64,000 nt of DNA, taken from a virus. Lineage: Duplodnaviria; Caudoviricetes. The stretch is from the IMG/VR virus record IMGVR_UViG_3300006851_000007, positions 1-64,000 of that record; one strand, given 5' to 3'. The notes beneath the pieces are model-generated. The model had not been told where the DNA came from and did not search any database. It worked only from the letters and a program-made list of their open reading frames with translations. The position numbers and the translations under genes were made by a program. This document shows, one piece after another, positions 9,601-19,132 of this stretch (the first letter of the stretch is position 1; each line of letters begins with the position of its first letter).

Positions 9601-9627
9601 GGCTCCGCATAGCGGGGCCTTTTTTTT
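9601..9627 (+). terminator. intrinsic terminator
   Basis: GGCTCCGC-ATA-GCGGGGCC stem followed by T run. Confidence 0.8.
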
Positions 9628-9658
9628 GTTTATATGGATGAATCGTGGTCGCCTATTG

Positions 9659-9716
9659 CGGGATAATATATATAGAGGAGTAACAGTGGGTTGCTCCATA
9701 TTTCCCAAGGAGAGAG
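9659..9716 (+). promoter_or_regulatory. promoter (GATAATATA) + leader hairpin + RBS cassette, repeated at 44309-44370 on minus strand
   Basis: ATAATATATA..GGAGTAAC-AGTGG-GTTGCTCC..AAGGAGAGAG. Confidence 0.7.
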
Positions 9717-10379
9717 ATGAAAGTCGGAAAATTTATAAAGCTGGATCGCAAGCGGAATAAGCTCTTTGTTTACAACAACGAGCTATATGTAGGGACCTCT
9801 GATTTCTTCAAGATAGATCCCAAAACGGGAAAGCTTTACGCCGCTGTCTGGGGGCAGTGGCGGGGCCGTCCCGACGCCTATTTCTTCGTCCCTGTAGAGC
9901 CCACCTAGGAAGGGACGACTCCCTATGTGGTCCTTAAGGGAAACAGGGATGAGGAGATCTACCTCCGCGCGGGAATAAACAGGTTCGCCCTCCCTGAAGG
10001 GACAGAACCAGAGCTGCTTCTGGAAAGAGCGAAAGAACTCTGGGGAACCGTCCCCCATTTATCGAGTTCGGGGGAGCAGTGGGATCATTATACCCGCCTT
10101 GACGAAAACCATGTGATGCAGCATCTGTCGGTATGCCGCCCCGAAAAGGTTTCAAGAGCCCCGAACAAGTGGTGGGAGGGCGTTAAAAGGGAATTTTACA
10201 GCGTGGATTTCTGGATGGAATCCGAGGAGGGTGAGATCTTCCGGATTGTAGAGGAGGTCAAAGAGCCCCAGACCTCCTATGGGTGGGGGGAGGGTTACCA
10301 TTCTGAAGCTGTTGGGAGCAACACAACGATGGTCACCTATGCCATCCTTGAGGATGGAAGGAAGGTGAAAATTTCCTGA
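9717..10379 (+). CDS. hypothetical protein split by one in-frame TAG (9717..9908 and 9927..10379)
   Basis: both ORFs in the same frame separated only by TAG 9906-9908. Confidence 0.55.
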
Positions 10380-10532
10380 AGCATGGTGGGTCACCACCAG
10401 AAGGCTTCAGAACTACGTCCTGAGCACGACGTTAAACTGCTCTTTTTTTTACTAAATTGTTTACAATATTCGGTGATAATGTTTGTGCAGCAGGAATGGC
10501 CTGTTGTATACACCTATGTAGTGGAGAGAGCT

Positions 10533-11207
10533 ATGAGTGTTGTTCTTGCTATTGGCACCTGTACTGATGTATGGCTTCAGACATTCGTGAAACACCACCT
10601 GATCATGAATAAGATCCACAACCAGGCAATCGCAGCTGGGGCCTGGTTGCGATTGAATCTTAATTATAATTGCGAGGTGGATCTAGCAACAAGAGTCGTG
10701 AAGGGGCAAACTCTACCAGAGTCGGTCACGTGGCCATTTAAATGGATTAAAGAACGGAGCGAAAAGGAACTCCAATTCATAGCGGCATCGGCCGTGAGTA
10801 TCGAATGCCATCTTGCGCAAATGATTGACTCTGCTCAAGATAACATCAACGACGGCGAGAGAATACGCCTCGACGACGCCCTTGAAATCTTTAAAGAAAG
10901 AGAGCTTCTTGAGGGGTTATGCTCTTTGCTCGCCACAACAGAAATCGCTTCGGAGGTTGCTGAAATAGGCAATCTCGCAGACGATTGGGGCGATTGGTAC
11001 GCCAAAGAGGTAGAGATGGGTATGGATCCAGATACACCCTTCTCAGGTATAGAGTTTATGAGGAGAGTTGCAACATATGATCCGACTGCATGGTGGATCA
11101 GGCTCGTAAACCATAAACCCCAAAAGAATATATTCGGATATTTTGATGAAATAGACCCGGATACAGCACCTTTTTGGTCCAAAGGGTCTGCGCCAGAGTC
11201 ATACTAA
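10533..11207 (+). CDS. hypothetical protein
   Basis: GGAG RBS before ATG 10533; long ORF. Confidence 0.65.
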   Translation: MSVVLAIGTCTDVWLQTFVKHHLIMNKIHNQAIAAGAWLRLNLNYNCEVDLATRVVKGQTLPESVTWPFKWIKERSEKELQFIAASAVSIECHLAQMIDSAQDNINDGERIRLDDALEIFKERELLEGLCSLLATTEIASEVAEIGNLADDWGDWYAKEVEMGMDPDTPFSGIEFMRRVATYDPTAWWIRLVNHKPQKNIFGYFDEIDPDTAPFWSKGSAPESY

Positions 11208-11245
11208 AAAAATGGGGGGGGTATCCCCCCTATGGTTGGGGAGTT

Positions 11246-11374
11246 ATGTCTGATTTTATAGATGAGTTCATCGTGGCAATACTCATTGTTGCCTTTTGGA
11301 GCCTGTTGTTCATTGGAGCTCTACATATTGTAGAGATAAGTGTGAGTAATACTCAAGGAGTGTGTGATGAGTGA
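11246..11374 (+). CDS. small membrane protein
   Basis: GGGAG RBS; one TM segment. Confidence 0.5.
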   Translation: MSDFIDEFIVAILIVAFWSLLFIGALHIVEISVSNTQGVCDE

Positions 11375-11786
11375 GGAGCTGCCGTTAGAGTTCTTAGCAA
11401 AGATGATATTCCCCTTTGCCAAAGTACCCGTAGATACATACGAGGAGTTTGTGGAGTTCATGAACAATCCCCCAGAGATCTCAAATGATAAGTTGGATGT
11501 AAGAACATCCGGAATTATCAATGAGGAGGACGACCTCAGATGGAGGCTGAACATCCTCATCTCTAAGATCAACCCGGACTCAGTCTATCACTGCATCCTG
11601 GAGATGAAGAATAACGAGGCCTCAGGGATGTTCATCCTCTCCTACGTAGGAGGCAAGACGAAATTTAAGTCTGTAGTCTCCAAGGAGGGTGTCCTTCCGG
11701 TTGAGGAGTACTGCAAGTGGATGATACTTGCCGATGAATACGTAGCCCCTGAGGTAAACCCTTCAGCCGACGTTGCCATACCATGA
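11364..11786 (+). CDS. hypothetical protein
   Basis: 140 aa, AAGGAG RBS. Confidence 0.7.
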   Translation: MMSEELPLEFLAKMIFPFAKVPVDTYEEFVEFMNNPPEISNDKLDVRTSGIINEEDDLRWRLNILISKINPDSVYHCILEMKNNEASGMFILSYVGGKTKFKSVVSKEGVLPVEEYCKWMILADEYVAPEVNPSADVAIP

Positions 11787-12124
11787 TTTTAGACAAAATG
11801 TCCGACCCGGAAGTAATAGCTATAAGAGATTGCTTCCAGATGTTTTTGAAAAAAGTCCCAGGCGTGGCTGTATACTCCATGCTCGACAAGAGGTGGGGTC
11901 ACGTACTTATTGTAGCTGAAGGTATGGACCTTCACGTCTCGATGATCATAAGAGATCATAGCGATATCAGACTCATAGTGAGCACTGGAGGGATGTCTTC
12001 AAAGTTCATTGGGGCTGCTAAAGACATCAGGCAGTTTCTTGAGTTTGTCGACCACTCAATGGGCGGTCTCAAGAGGTACAAAGAAAGGGGGAGGGTGGGA
12101 GAACTTCTAGAGGTCTTCACCTGA
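11783..12124 (+). CDS. hypothetical protein
   Basis: 113 aa, ATGA-coupled. Confidence 0.65.
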   Translation: MILDKMSDPEVIAIRDCFQMFLKKVPGVAVYSMLDKRWGHVLIVAEGMDLHVSMIIRDHSDIRLIVSTGGMSSKFIGAAKDIRQFLEFVDHSMGGLKRYKERGRVGELLEVFT

Positions 12125-12130
12125 TCTTAT

Positions 12131-12157
12131 AGGGAGGCTTAGACCTCCCTTTTTTTT
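12131..12157 (+). terminator. intrinsic terminator
   Basis: AGGGAGG-CTTAGA-CCTCCCT followed by T run. Confidence 0.8.
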
Positions 12158-12159
12158 AC

Positions 12160-12920
12160 TATGAGGAGACTGAACGGGTGTGTAGTGTAAACCGATCTAC
12201 ACTCATGTTTTTTTACTGCGGGCTATAGTATACCGTGTTCTTAAGAATCAGCATGAGATCTCTCGAAGTTTTGAGGGTGTAGATTTGGTGTAAATCTCCA
12301 GTTTTTTCCCATTTTTGGTATCCGGGTCTCCCTTGTTTTTTCTAAATCTTCTAAATTGATCGCATTTCGATTAAATATATACAGAACTATACAAAAGCAT
12401 ACCAAAAGTTACAATTGCCCAAAATTGAATCTACACTCAAACCGGTGTAGATTTTGAAAAAAAAGGACAAAACCAAATTTCAGAGGTAAAGGAAAAGTCT
12501 CTTTGGAATCCCTGCCAGAGCCAGGCTCTATCTAGGTTTTAGCGTTCTGTCTGTGTAAGCAGTGTAAGTGTAGACCTTGTTTTTGCTCCCTCTATAGCCA
12601 GTTTCCCAAACTACACACTTACACTCTCTTTTTATATGAAATACTCTTTGTTTCTATAGTTAGTAATTACTTTAGTATAGAATGTATTCTTTATATAGTA
12701 TTTATATAGTATTATATAGTTATTTATATAGATTATATAAGTATATAGTATCTATATAGATATATATAAGTATATAAGTATGTATAAAGAGAGGGAGGGA
12801 GGGACACCTAAACTAGTTTGTAAATTTTAAGCAGATCTACACTAAAAAATCTACACTAGTGTAAGAGTGTAAGTGTAGATCGCACTTTTATAGAGCTATA
12901 GGGAGGGTCTAAGTCTCCCT
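12160..12920. other. putative replication origin (iterons plus AT-rich unwinding element)
   Basis: no ORFs; repeated TCTACACT/GTGTAGA motifs in both orientations; TATATAGTA-repeat core 12660-12790; adjacent to primase-helicase. Confidence 0.65.
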
Positions 12921-12944
12921 AAGGGTTTTCGTTAGATTCTGGGT

Positions 12945-12974
12945 AAAAAAAAGACACCCATTATCGGGTGTCTT
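12945..12974 (-). terminator. intrinsic terminator of primase-helicase
   Basis: minus strand AAGACACCC-GATAAT-GGGTGTCTT-TTTTTT. Confidence 0.8.
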
Positions 12975-13015
12975 CTTTCTGACTCAAATATACGCCTCAG
13001 ACCTCACAGAATGCC

Positions 13016-15346
13016 TCAGGATTGGATCTTACAATTATAGTATATGAAGCCACTCTTTTTCTTTTCAAAGCGCTTAGAGACTCCCTCAAAGAACCTCTGG
13101 CTACCCTGAGCCCTATAGCCGTTGAGAGAGCTCCAGTTTTTGTATCTCTGGTACAGGTCTGATGCCTGCACCCAGTCATCCTCACCTCCCTCTGTGATGC
13201 CCTCCATCTCCAGAAAGTAAGCAATCCTATCCGCCTTGTTTCTCCATCTGTGGATCGCTCTATCTGACGAGGGAACATCTACATAGTAGTGCTCACCCCT
13301 TTCCAGCAACCTCTGAACCCCTTCAATTGCCCAGTTGAGCAATCCCTGTCTCTCTTGTGTTTTTATTCTGTGTCCGAGAGTTGGGTCTCTGTCTTTCTCT
13401 GGGATGGTCTTGTTGAACTCTATGATCGCCCATCTTCTCCAGAACCCGTATGACACATCAGCTACTGCTGGTAGAGTGCTTGCGGACATGACTATTCCAA
13501 CACGAGGCTGGAAGAAAATCGGCTTGCCTGCCGGAGACCTTCCCGATATTCGGTTTCCTGTCACGATAGCCTTGAACCCATCACTGTCCATGATGTCGCT
13601 CTCGGGCATCTCGTCGATCGTGTTGATCTTTCTTCCCACAAGCTCTGCCCTGTAGTACTCAGATCTTCCAGACCCGTCTCCCAACTGCTGTGGAGATATG
13701 CTGGACCTGTCGCTGTCCTTGAACATGCTGTTGAATATATCCAAAAATAGAGACTTTCCGTTTGCGCCCTCTCCAAAAAGAATCAAGGCCTTCTCATACT
13801 TGTGGGGCATCCCAAAAAGACATGCTCCTGCGAACTCCTGCAAAAACGCAGTTTTGTTTTCACCGTCCGGATCATCTCCAAATATATCTTCCAAGTACCT
13901 CTGAAATAGCGGTGCTGTTTTGTATGGGTCGTAGGGGATGTCCATTTTGTCTCTGACTTTGTCACTCTTTCTGTAGTCTCTTGCTACAAGCCTGCCGTTC
14001 TCAATCTTCACAATCTTGTCTGAGAAATTCACAGACTCCACAAGACCCTCAAAGAAGGTCGTATCTGTTGTTACCTCCTGCGCGTGACTGATGGCTGCTT
14101 TAATTTTAGATAGACTGAGATTCATAGGTTTCCCTGTCGATCTCTCCACCCCGTCAAGCATTGACAGGTACTCAACCATCTCCCTCATTGATAGCTCTTC
14201 GTATTTCTTATCCCTCTCTATATATTGCCACGAGTTCTCTCCGTCAAAAATCATGTCGTACCGAGCTCTCAAGATTTGAGATAACTCTACGTCACTCCCA
14301 CTGTTGAGTATTATATACTGATCGCTGTGGGGGTCAGTCTTATCTTCCTCAGCCCAGTCTATAAGGACATCTTCCTTTAAGAGCTCTCTGATGTCGTTGC
14401 CTTTGTCTAGCCAATCGACGATGTCTTCCGACTCCCCAACATCCAATCCAATTACCTCTGAGCCCTCGATCTGAGCCGCGATAAATCTTGCGTAGTCGTA
14501 CCCTCCCTCGTCGTTGTCTGGAATTATTCTGACTATTTTTTGGTTGATAACACTCCAGTCAGACATTGGTGCGGCGTTTGATCCCCCTATGGATGTTGTT
14601 ACAATAACTTCCGGAAAGTTATCCTTGTGCATACGCCTTGCTTCATCGCATGCCTTCTGCAACACCTCCATGCACTTCTCGCCCTCTACTATCCACACCT
14701 GCGCGTCAGGGCTTTTGGAAATCTCGTACGCTTTATATAGTGGCCTTATATACTCCTTGGGTGTTCCGAGAACCCATTCTTCATCACCGATCTTTGAGAA
14801 GGGTCTCATACATTTCCCCTCATCCACCTCCCACCTTAAAACAGCTATTAGTACCAGATCCCCCTCAGAGTTTCTCCCTCCTGTTACATGATGGAACGAC
14901 TCTTCCCCAATGGTGAGGTTCCCTAATTTTCTGTAGACCCTTTTTCTCAACTTCCCCTGACTGTCTTTGTATGACTCAATCCTCTCCTCTCCCGATATGT
15001 CTACAGGGGTCAACCTTTCTCTTGATTCGACTTTTTTGCTCTGAGTTCTTTTCCTAAAGTCGTCGATATCGACAACCCTTTCATCACCATACCTCTGTAA
15101 AAGCATTTTAATGGCCTCCTTCGCATCGATGCCGTACTTGACCATGTATGCATCAACTATGGTGCCATACACAACCTCTCCGTCACGACGTGATCCGTGA
15201 TACCTCCATACTATACTGTTTTCCCCAACTTTGACAGATGTGCTATCACCACCCCCTGATGGATGTGGACCATTATCCTCACCCACCTTCATTCCTATAT
15301 CTTCATAGGGTTTTTCCATCTTTTTTATATCATCTAGTGTAACCAT
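13016..15346 (-). CDS. primase-helicase: Toprim primase + D5/P4-type SF3 helicase
   Basis: Toprim WIVEGEKC and PDNDEGG; SF3 Walker A GEGANGKS, IDE Walker B, GFWRR; C-terminal winged helix. Confidence 0.9.
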   Translation of the reverse strand: MVTLDDIKKMEKPYEDIGMKVGEDNGPHPSGGGDSTSVKVGENSIVWRYHGSRRDGEVVYGTIVDAYMVKYGIDAKEAIKMLLQRYGDERVVDIDDFRKRTQSKKVESRERLTPVDISGEERIESYKDSQGKLRKRVYRKLGNLTIGEESFHHVTGGRNSEGDLVLIAVLRWEVDEGKCMRPFSKIGDEEWVLGTPKEYIRPLYKAYEISKSPDAQVWIVEGEKCMEVLQKACDEARRMHKDNFPEVIVTTSIGGSNAAPMSDWSVINQKIVRIIPDNDEGGYDYARFIAAQIEGSEVIGLDVGESEDIVDWLDKGNDIRELLKEDVLIDWAEEDKTDPHSDQYIILNSGSDVELSQILRARYDMIFDGENSWQYIERDKKYEELSMREMVEYLSMLDGVERSTGKPMNLSLSKIKAAISHAQEVTTDTTFFEGLVESVNFSDKIVKIENGRLVARDYRKSDKVRDKMDIPYDPYKTAPLFQRYLEDIFGDDPDGENKTAFLQEFAGACLFGMPHKYEKALILFGEGANGKSLFLDIFNSMFKDSDRSSISPQQLGDGSGRSEYYRAELVGRKINTIDEMPESDIMDSDGFKAIVTGNRISGRSPAGKPIFFQPRVGIVMSASTLPAVADVSYGFWRRWAIIEFNKTIPEKDRDPTLGHRIKTQERQGLLNWAIEGVQRLLERGEHYYVDVPSSDRAIHRWRNKADRIAYFLEMEGITEGGEDDWVQASDLYQRYKNWSSLNGYRAQGSQRFFEGVSKRFEKKKSGFIYYNCKIQS

Positions 15347-15571
15347 GTTAAACTCTCCTAAAATGAGCTGTGCGTGTTACTGCTTCTGGTATTTACGACA
15401 ACCTTTCTTTGTTAAATATGATTGTTGATTATGTGATAATACCTATACAGAAGTATGGGTAATTTTCACATGGCATAACTGCCTCCACAACTAAAAGGGT
15501 GTTCCGGAATCATTATCACCTGATTGTGCCCATAACTTTAGGAACACCCCATGACAAGAAAGGGATACCTT

Positions 15572-15826
15572 ATGATTAACAAAAACGTTGTTGTTGTTGT
15601 GATTGTTGTAATTGTACTGCTTTCGGTTTTCTTCATTGGTGCGGCTATGAGCCTTTCTACCGAACCGCCCGCAAAACACAAAGGATCATCGCTACACCTC
15701 TGCATGCACGGAAATTATAGTACCTGCTGTTCTTACAGGTCGGCATACAGTAGTTGTTACTACACATTGTGCAATAGCGGTCCCGACACAAAATATGTCG
15801 AGTCGAAATATACATGTTTTAATTAA
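15572..15826 (+). CDS. small membrane-anchored Cys-rich protein
   Basis: poly-Val TM segment then 6 Cys; AAGGGA RBS. Confidence 0.55.
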   Translation: MINKNVVVVVIVVIVLLSVFFIGAAMSLSTEPPAKHKGSSLHLCMHGNYSTCCSYRSAYSSCYYTLCNSGPDTKYVESKYTCFN

Positions 15827-16105
15827 AAATAAGGGCGTGAGTTTAACCACAGCTCACGCCCGAATGAGCAAACTTAGGCATACCTAAACCCCTCCAAGAC
15901 CCATAGCATACCGTCCCCAAATACGAAAATAAGGCAGATTTTTCAAATACTTACCGCCCCATTTTTGGCCATTTTTCGCCATTTTTCGACACTTTTTTTA
16001 CAACCCTTTACAAACCCCCACAACCCAGCCACACCGTCTTCTGACGATACTGCATCCCGATTTTAACAGCAAGCCCCTACCACTCTCCGACAGGCCAGAT
16101 TTTAA

Positions 16106-16134
16106 TTGCCCACCCCCCTCCACCCTGATATGAT
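16106..16134 (+). promoter_or_regulatory. sigma70-type promoter
   Basis: TTGCCC-17 bp-TATGAT with extended TG. Confidence 0.6.
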
Positions 16135-16144
16135 AGCTCATCAA

Positions 16145-16247
16145 AACCCGCCAAGGCTATGGCCTCTGTATAAAACCAAGAGAGCACCCGGAAGCTGATC
16201 TGTCCGCCCGTGCTCGTCTTGGAGAGCTAACCTCAAACAGGCGGGTT
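16145..16247 (+). ncRNA. candidate structured RNA / 5' leader (multi-branch)
   Basis: closing stem AACCCGCC/GGCGGGTT; inner stems AGGC/GCCT, CCAAGA-GAGCAC/GTGCTC-G-TCTTGG, CGGA/TCCG; begins just after the promoter. Confidence 0.45.
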
Positions 16248-16302
16248 ACTTTATTGTGCTGATTTGTGTTAAACAGCGTTACTAGCAGTCAGAAACGGGA
16301 AA

Positions 16303-18021
16303 ATGATCTCTTCTGGTGATAAGATTTGCCGTAAAATCATGCGCGATGATTCGATTGTGCGAGTCTCTCGCCCTATGTTAGCCACTGGAGGGCAAATTAC
16401 ATATTCTGGCGACTGGGTAATTCACACCTTCACCGAAGACGGGGAGTTTGAGGTTCTCGTCGATGGGCTTGAGGTTGAATATCTTATCGTCGGAGGTGGT
16501 GGGGCCGGCGGTTGCTCATATGAACACAACGACAAGCCTGTCGGCGGTGGTGGCGGTGGTGGTGGGGTTCTTTACGGCGCAACCGATTTGCACGGCGATC
16601 TTCCTGTTAAAGTCGGCGGTGGTGGTCAAGGCAATAATTCAAACGGGGTTGGACTGTCAGGCCAAAACTCTTCGCTTGGAAGCTGGGTTGCGATAGGTGG
16701 CTCTGGCGGGGGCTCTGGGACTAACAGGCCGCCTGTCGGTGGTTCTGGCGGGGGCTCTGGAGCTATGAGTCGGAATGTCGCCTATGGGTACTTTGGGCAA
16801 GGCACGTATGGTCAAGGCCATAATGGCGGCAGAGGCTCCCAAAGAGCTGGTGGGGTCGCTGGCGGCGGAGGCGGTGGGGCGACAGGGTTAGGTGGCAACG
16901 GGGCTACCTCTATAAATGAAATGAATAGGAGTGATGCAACAGGCGGCTCAGGCGGTCCCGGGTTCACGTCGGATATTTCTGGCGCACTTTCAGTATATGG
17001 CGGCGGAGGTGGTGGGGCAGCGTACGGCCATCACTATACGCCCTACAATGAATATGGCCGTGCTTTTGGCGGTGTTGGTGGCTCTGGTGGTGGCGGTAAA
17101 GGTGGAGAATCTACTGGCGGGCACCTGTCGGGACAGAATCCTGAATATGACCATTACGCTTCGCCTACACCTGGGGCTCCTGGGACGGGCGGTGGTGGTG
17201 GTGGTGCGTCGCATCACATACCAGATTACCCGGAAGGAGCACCTGGTGGCTCAGGCATTGTTATAATCAGGTACAAAGCTGACGCATCGCCTGTCAAAAC
17301 ATATAGGTTGGGGCCTGTCTTTTATGGTGTCTCAGGTGGCATCGCCCGTTTTGATGCCCGAGCCTACACAAACCAGTTTGTCTCGGAGCAATATTTAAGT
17401 GTTCTGACCGACCGAAGTGGAAACGATAACCACGGCATCGAGAGGGCTGGTTACAATACAGCAGTATTTAAGAAAAGTTCGGCCCGTGTTTTATCCCCTA
17501 ATGTAAAGTTCGACAGCTCGGTCTACGAGCTTCCTGATGCGTTTCGTCTTGAAAAACAAACGCCCTGGACACGCTACACGGTCATCCGTCTCGAGCTGTA
17601 TACAGGAGTTGTGTACTCATGGGAGTACTCAGGCACCACACGACCTGCCTATCGATTTTCAGTGTTGTTTTCGAGCTCAGGTCTCAGGCCCGAGTTGAAT
17701 GTTGGCGGTAATTTGGTGACAGGCCCCGCCATGGACCTGACGACCAATCCTGTCATCGTCACCGTGAGCAATGACGGCACTAACAGCTCCATGTGGATAG
17801 ATGGCGAGAAAGTGATTGACGTGGTTAACGGAACAAGATCCGCGCCCCCGGCTTCACAAGCTCCGTTTTTCGGTGCGTATGGTAGTGGCTCATCCGGGAA
17901 TCCAGCGAGGTTACTGTCTGGCAACCTATTCGATGACATCACGTATCTTGGCGCGCATGATGACCCGACGCGTGAGATGATTGAGGCGAACCTGAGAAGC
18001 GAATGGAGTTGGCTGTTTTGA
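16303..18021 (+). CDS. glycine-rich protein with C-terminal LamG/concanavalin-like domain (putative tail fibre/adhesin)
   Basis: ATGG..IHTFT..VEYLIVGGGGAGG..GGSGIVIIRY glycine-rich domain; DRSGNDNHG..SMWIDGE..SGNLFD jelly-roll signature. Confidence 0.75.
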   Translation: MISSGDKICRKIMRDDSIVRVSRPMLATGGQITYSGDWVIHTFTEDGEFEVLVDGLEVEYLIVGGGGAGGCSYEHNDKPVGGGGGGGGVLYGATDLHGDLPVKVGGGGQGNNSNGVGLSGQNSSLGSWVAIGGSGGGSGTNRPPVGGSGGGSGAMSRNVAYGYFGQGTYGQGHNGGRGSQRAGGVAGGGGGGATGLGGNGATSINEMNRSDATGGSGGPGFTSDISGALSVYGGGGGGAAYGHHYTPYNEYGRAFGGVGGSGGGGKGGESTGGHLSGQNPEYDHYASPTPGAPGTGGGGGGASHHIPDYPEGAPGGSGIVIIRYKADASPVKTYRLGPVFYGVSGGIARFDARAYTNQFVSEQYLSVLTDRSGNDNHGIERAGYNTAVFKKSSARVLSPNVKFDSSVYELPDAFRLEKQTPWTRYTVIRLELYTGVVYSWEYSGTTRPAYRFSVLFSSSGLRPELNVGGNLVTGPAMDLTTNPVIVTVSNDGTNSSMWIDGEKVIDVVNGTRSAPPASQAPFFGAYGSGSSGNPARLLSGNLFDDITYLGAHDDPTREMIEANLRSEWSWLF

Positions 18022-18053
18022 GCACGTTACGAATCAGCGACGCCATCCGATGA

Positions 18054-18251
18054 TCACACCCCTTCCACCTTGACCCGTATATCGCCAGAAACGGCATCAA
18101 CCTTACTGTTGGGTCGAACCATACTGGAACTTGGCCTATGTCCGGCCAGATAGCTGAAGTCATAGCTTACAACAGGCATCTAGATTCTGGAGAGGTCTTC
18201 CAGATAGAATCATACCTTAACGACAAGTACGCAGATCTATTGTCTATGTAG
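18054..18251 (+). pseudogene. orphan alternative C-terminus of a LamG-like domain
   Basis: translates to ..LTVGSNHTGTWPMSGQIAEVIAYNRHLDSGEVFQIESYLNDKYADLLSM*, no proper start. Confidence 0.6.
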
Positions 18252-18337
18252 ATGTACTACTACTTCTTGGTTATAATCATATTTCACGACTTATAACCAC
18301 ATTTCATAAACATCTCTAAATATAAATCCTTTTTTTT

Positions 18338-18353
18338 AGGGTATAATATACAT
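18338..18353 (+). promoter_or_regulatory. putative phage promoter driving microprotein array (part 1)
   Basis: AGGGTATAATATAC; motif shared with 9659, 21442, 23745, 24346, 49706. Confidence 0.55.
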
Positions 18354-18388
18354 ACCCAAACACACCAACTTAAACATGAGGGGGGTCT

Positions 18389-18460
18389 ATGCTACTACCG
18401 GGAGTAGGTATGTGGGATTGCGGTCAGGGTGTATATTACATCACAAATCTTGAGCTTTAA
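18389..18460 (+). CDS. array microprotein 1 (short, 23 aa, ends LEL)
   Basis: GAGGGG RBS; MLLPG..YYITNLEL*. Confidence 0.45.
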   Translation: MLLPGVGMWDCGQGVYYITNLEL

Positions 18461-18471
18461 GGGTATTAGGT

Positions 18472-18618
18472 ATGACTATCGTAGATGTTTACAGATTTTT
18501 AAAAAACAAACGAGAGGGTTTCTACTCTTACGGCAACGTGGGAAATGGGATTATTTATATTTTATATACACGAGAAGGTGATAAATACCCAAAGTATCTC
18601 AGCAGGATTGAGTATTAA
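18472..18618 (+). CDS. array microprotein 2 (48 aa, ends IEY)
   Basis: MTIVDVYR..YLSRIEY*. Confidence 0.7.
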   Translation: MTIVDVYRFLKNKREGFYSYGNVGNGIIYILYTREGDKYPKYLSRIEY

Positions 18619-18633
18619 CTGTGAGGAGTTGTA

Positions 18634-18804
18634 GTGAATATAATCTGCAAAGACTTTAGAAAAACCCTTCAAGGGTTATCAGGCCCGACATACGGTGTAT
18701 ATCCGATATGTACGGTCGGTGGGTACGAGTTTAATGATTTGATATTAGATATGTCATACGGTGAGGGGTCGCAGGGCTTCTTTATTACTATCATCGAGTG
18801 CTAG
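18634..18804 (+). CDS. array microprotein 3 (56 aa, ends IEC)
   Basis: GAGGAG RBS; MNIICK..FITIIEC*. Confidence 0.75.
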   Translation: MNIICKDFRKTLQGLSGPTYGVYPICTVGGYEFNDLILDMSYGEGSQGFFITIIEC

Positions 18805-18812
18805 AATGCGGG

Positions 18813-18872
18813 ATGTATTACTCAGATACATATGAGAAGAAATTCAAACGCATACAAGTCATTGAATATTAA
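18813..18872 (+). CDS. array microprotein 4 (short/remnant, ends IEY)
   Basis: MYYSDTYEKKFKRIQVIEY*. Confidence 0.4.
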   Translation: MYYSDTYEKKFKRIQVIEY

Positions 18873-18932
18873 ACCACACGAACTCTTGGGGTGGTTTCGG
18901 ACTTTTGTGTACAAATAGAACAAGGACTGACT

Positions 18933-19082
18933 TTGAACGTTTTAAAAGCGAGTGACCCCGCGTTATACAGAGAGCCTGGTGGTACCTATTACGTCAGCTT
19001 GTCGGTTGTTGGAGGGATGTATGTAGGCATATACAACCCTAAAAGTCACGCCGTAAACTATTTCTTGCTGATTGAGTTTTGA
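18933..19082 (+). CDS. array microprotein 5 (49 aa, ends IEF)
   Basis: AAGGA RBS, TTG start; ..YFLLIEF*. Confidence 0.7.
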   Translation: MNVLKASDPALYREPGGTYYVSLSVVGGMYVGIYNPKSHAVNYFLLIEF

Positions 19083-19132
19083 TGCAGGATACACATCTGT
19101 GGATGTTGTGACTGATTACATACGGAGGCGAA

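Noticed and set aside
16145-16247. tRNA, hammerhead ribozyme or SRP RNA
   Set aside because: No T-loop GTTC or cloverleaf spacing, no CUGANGA/GAAA core, and the GGAA is not in an SRP helix-8 context.
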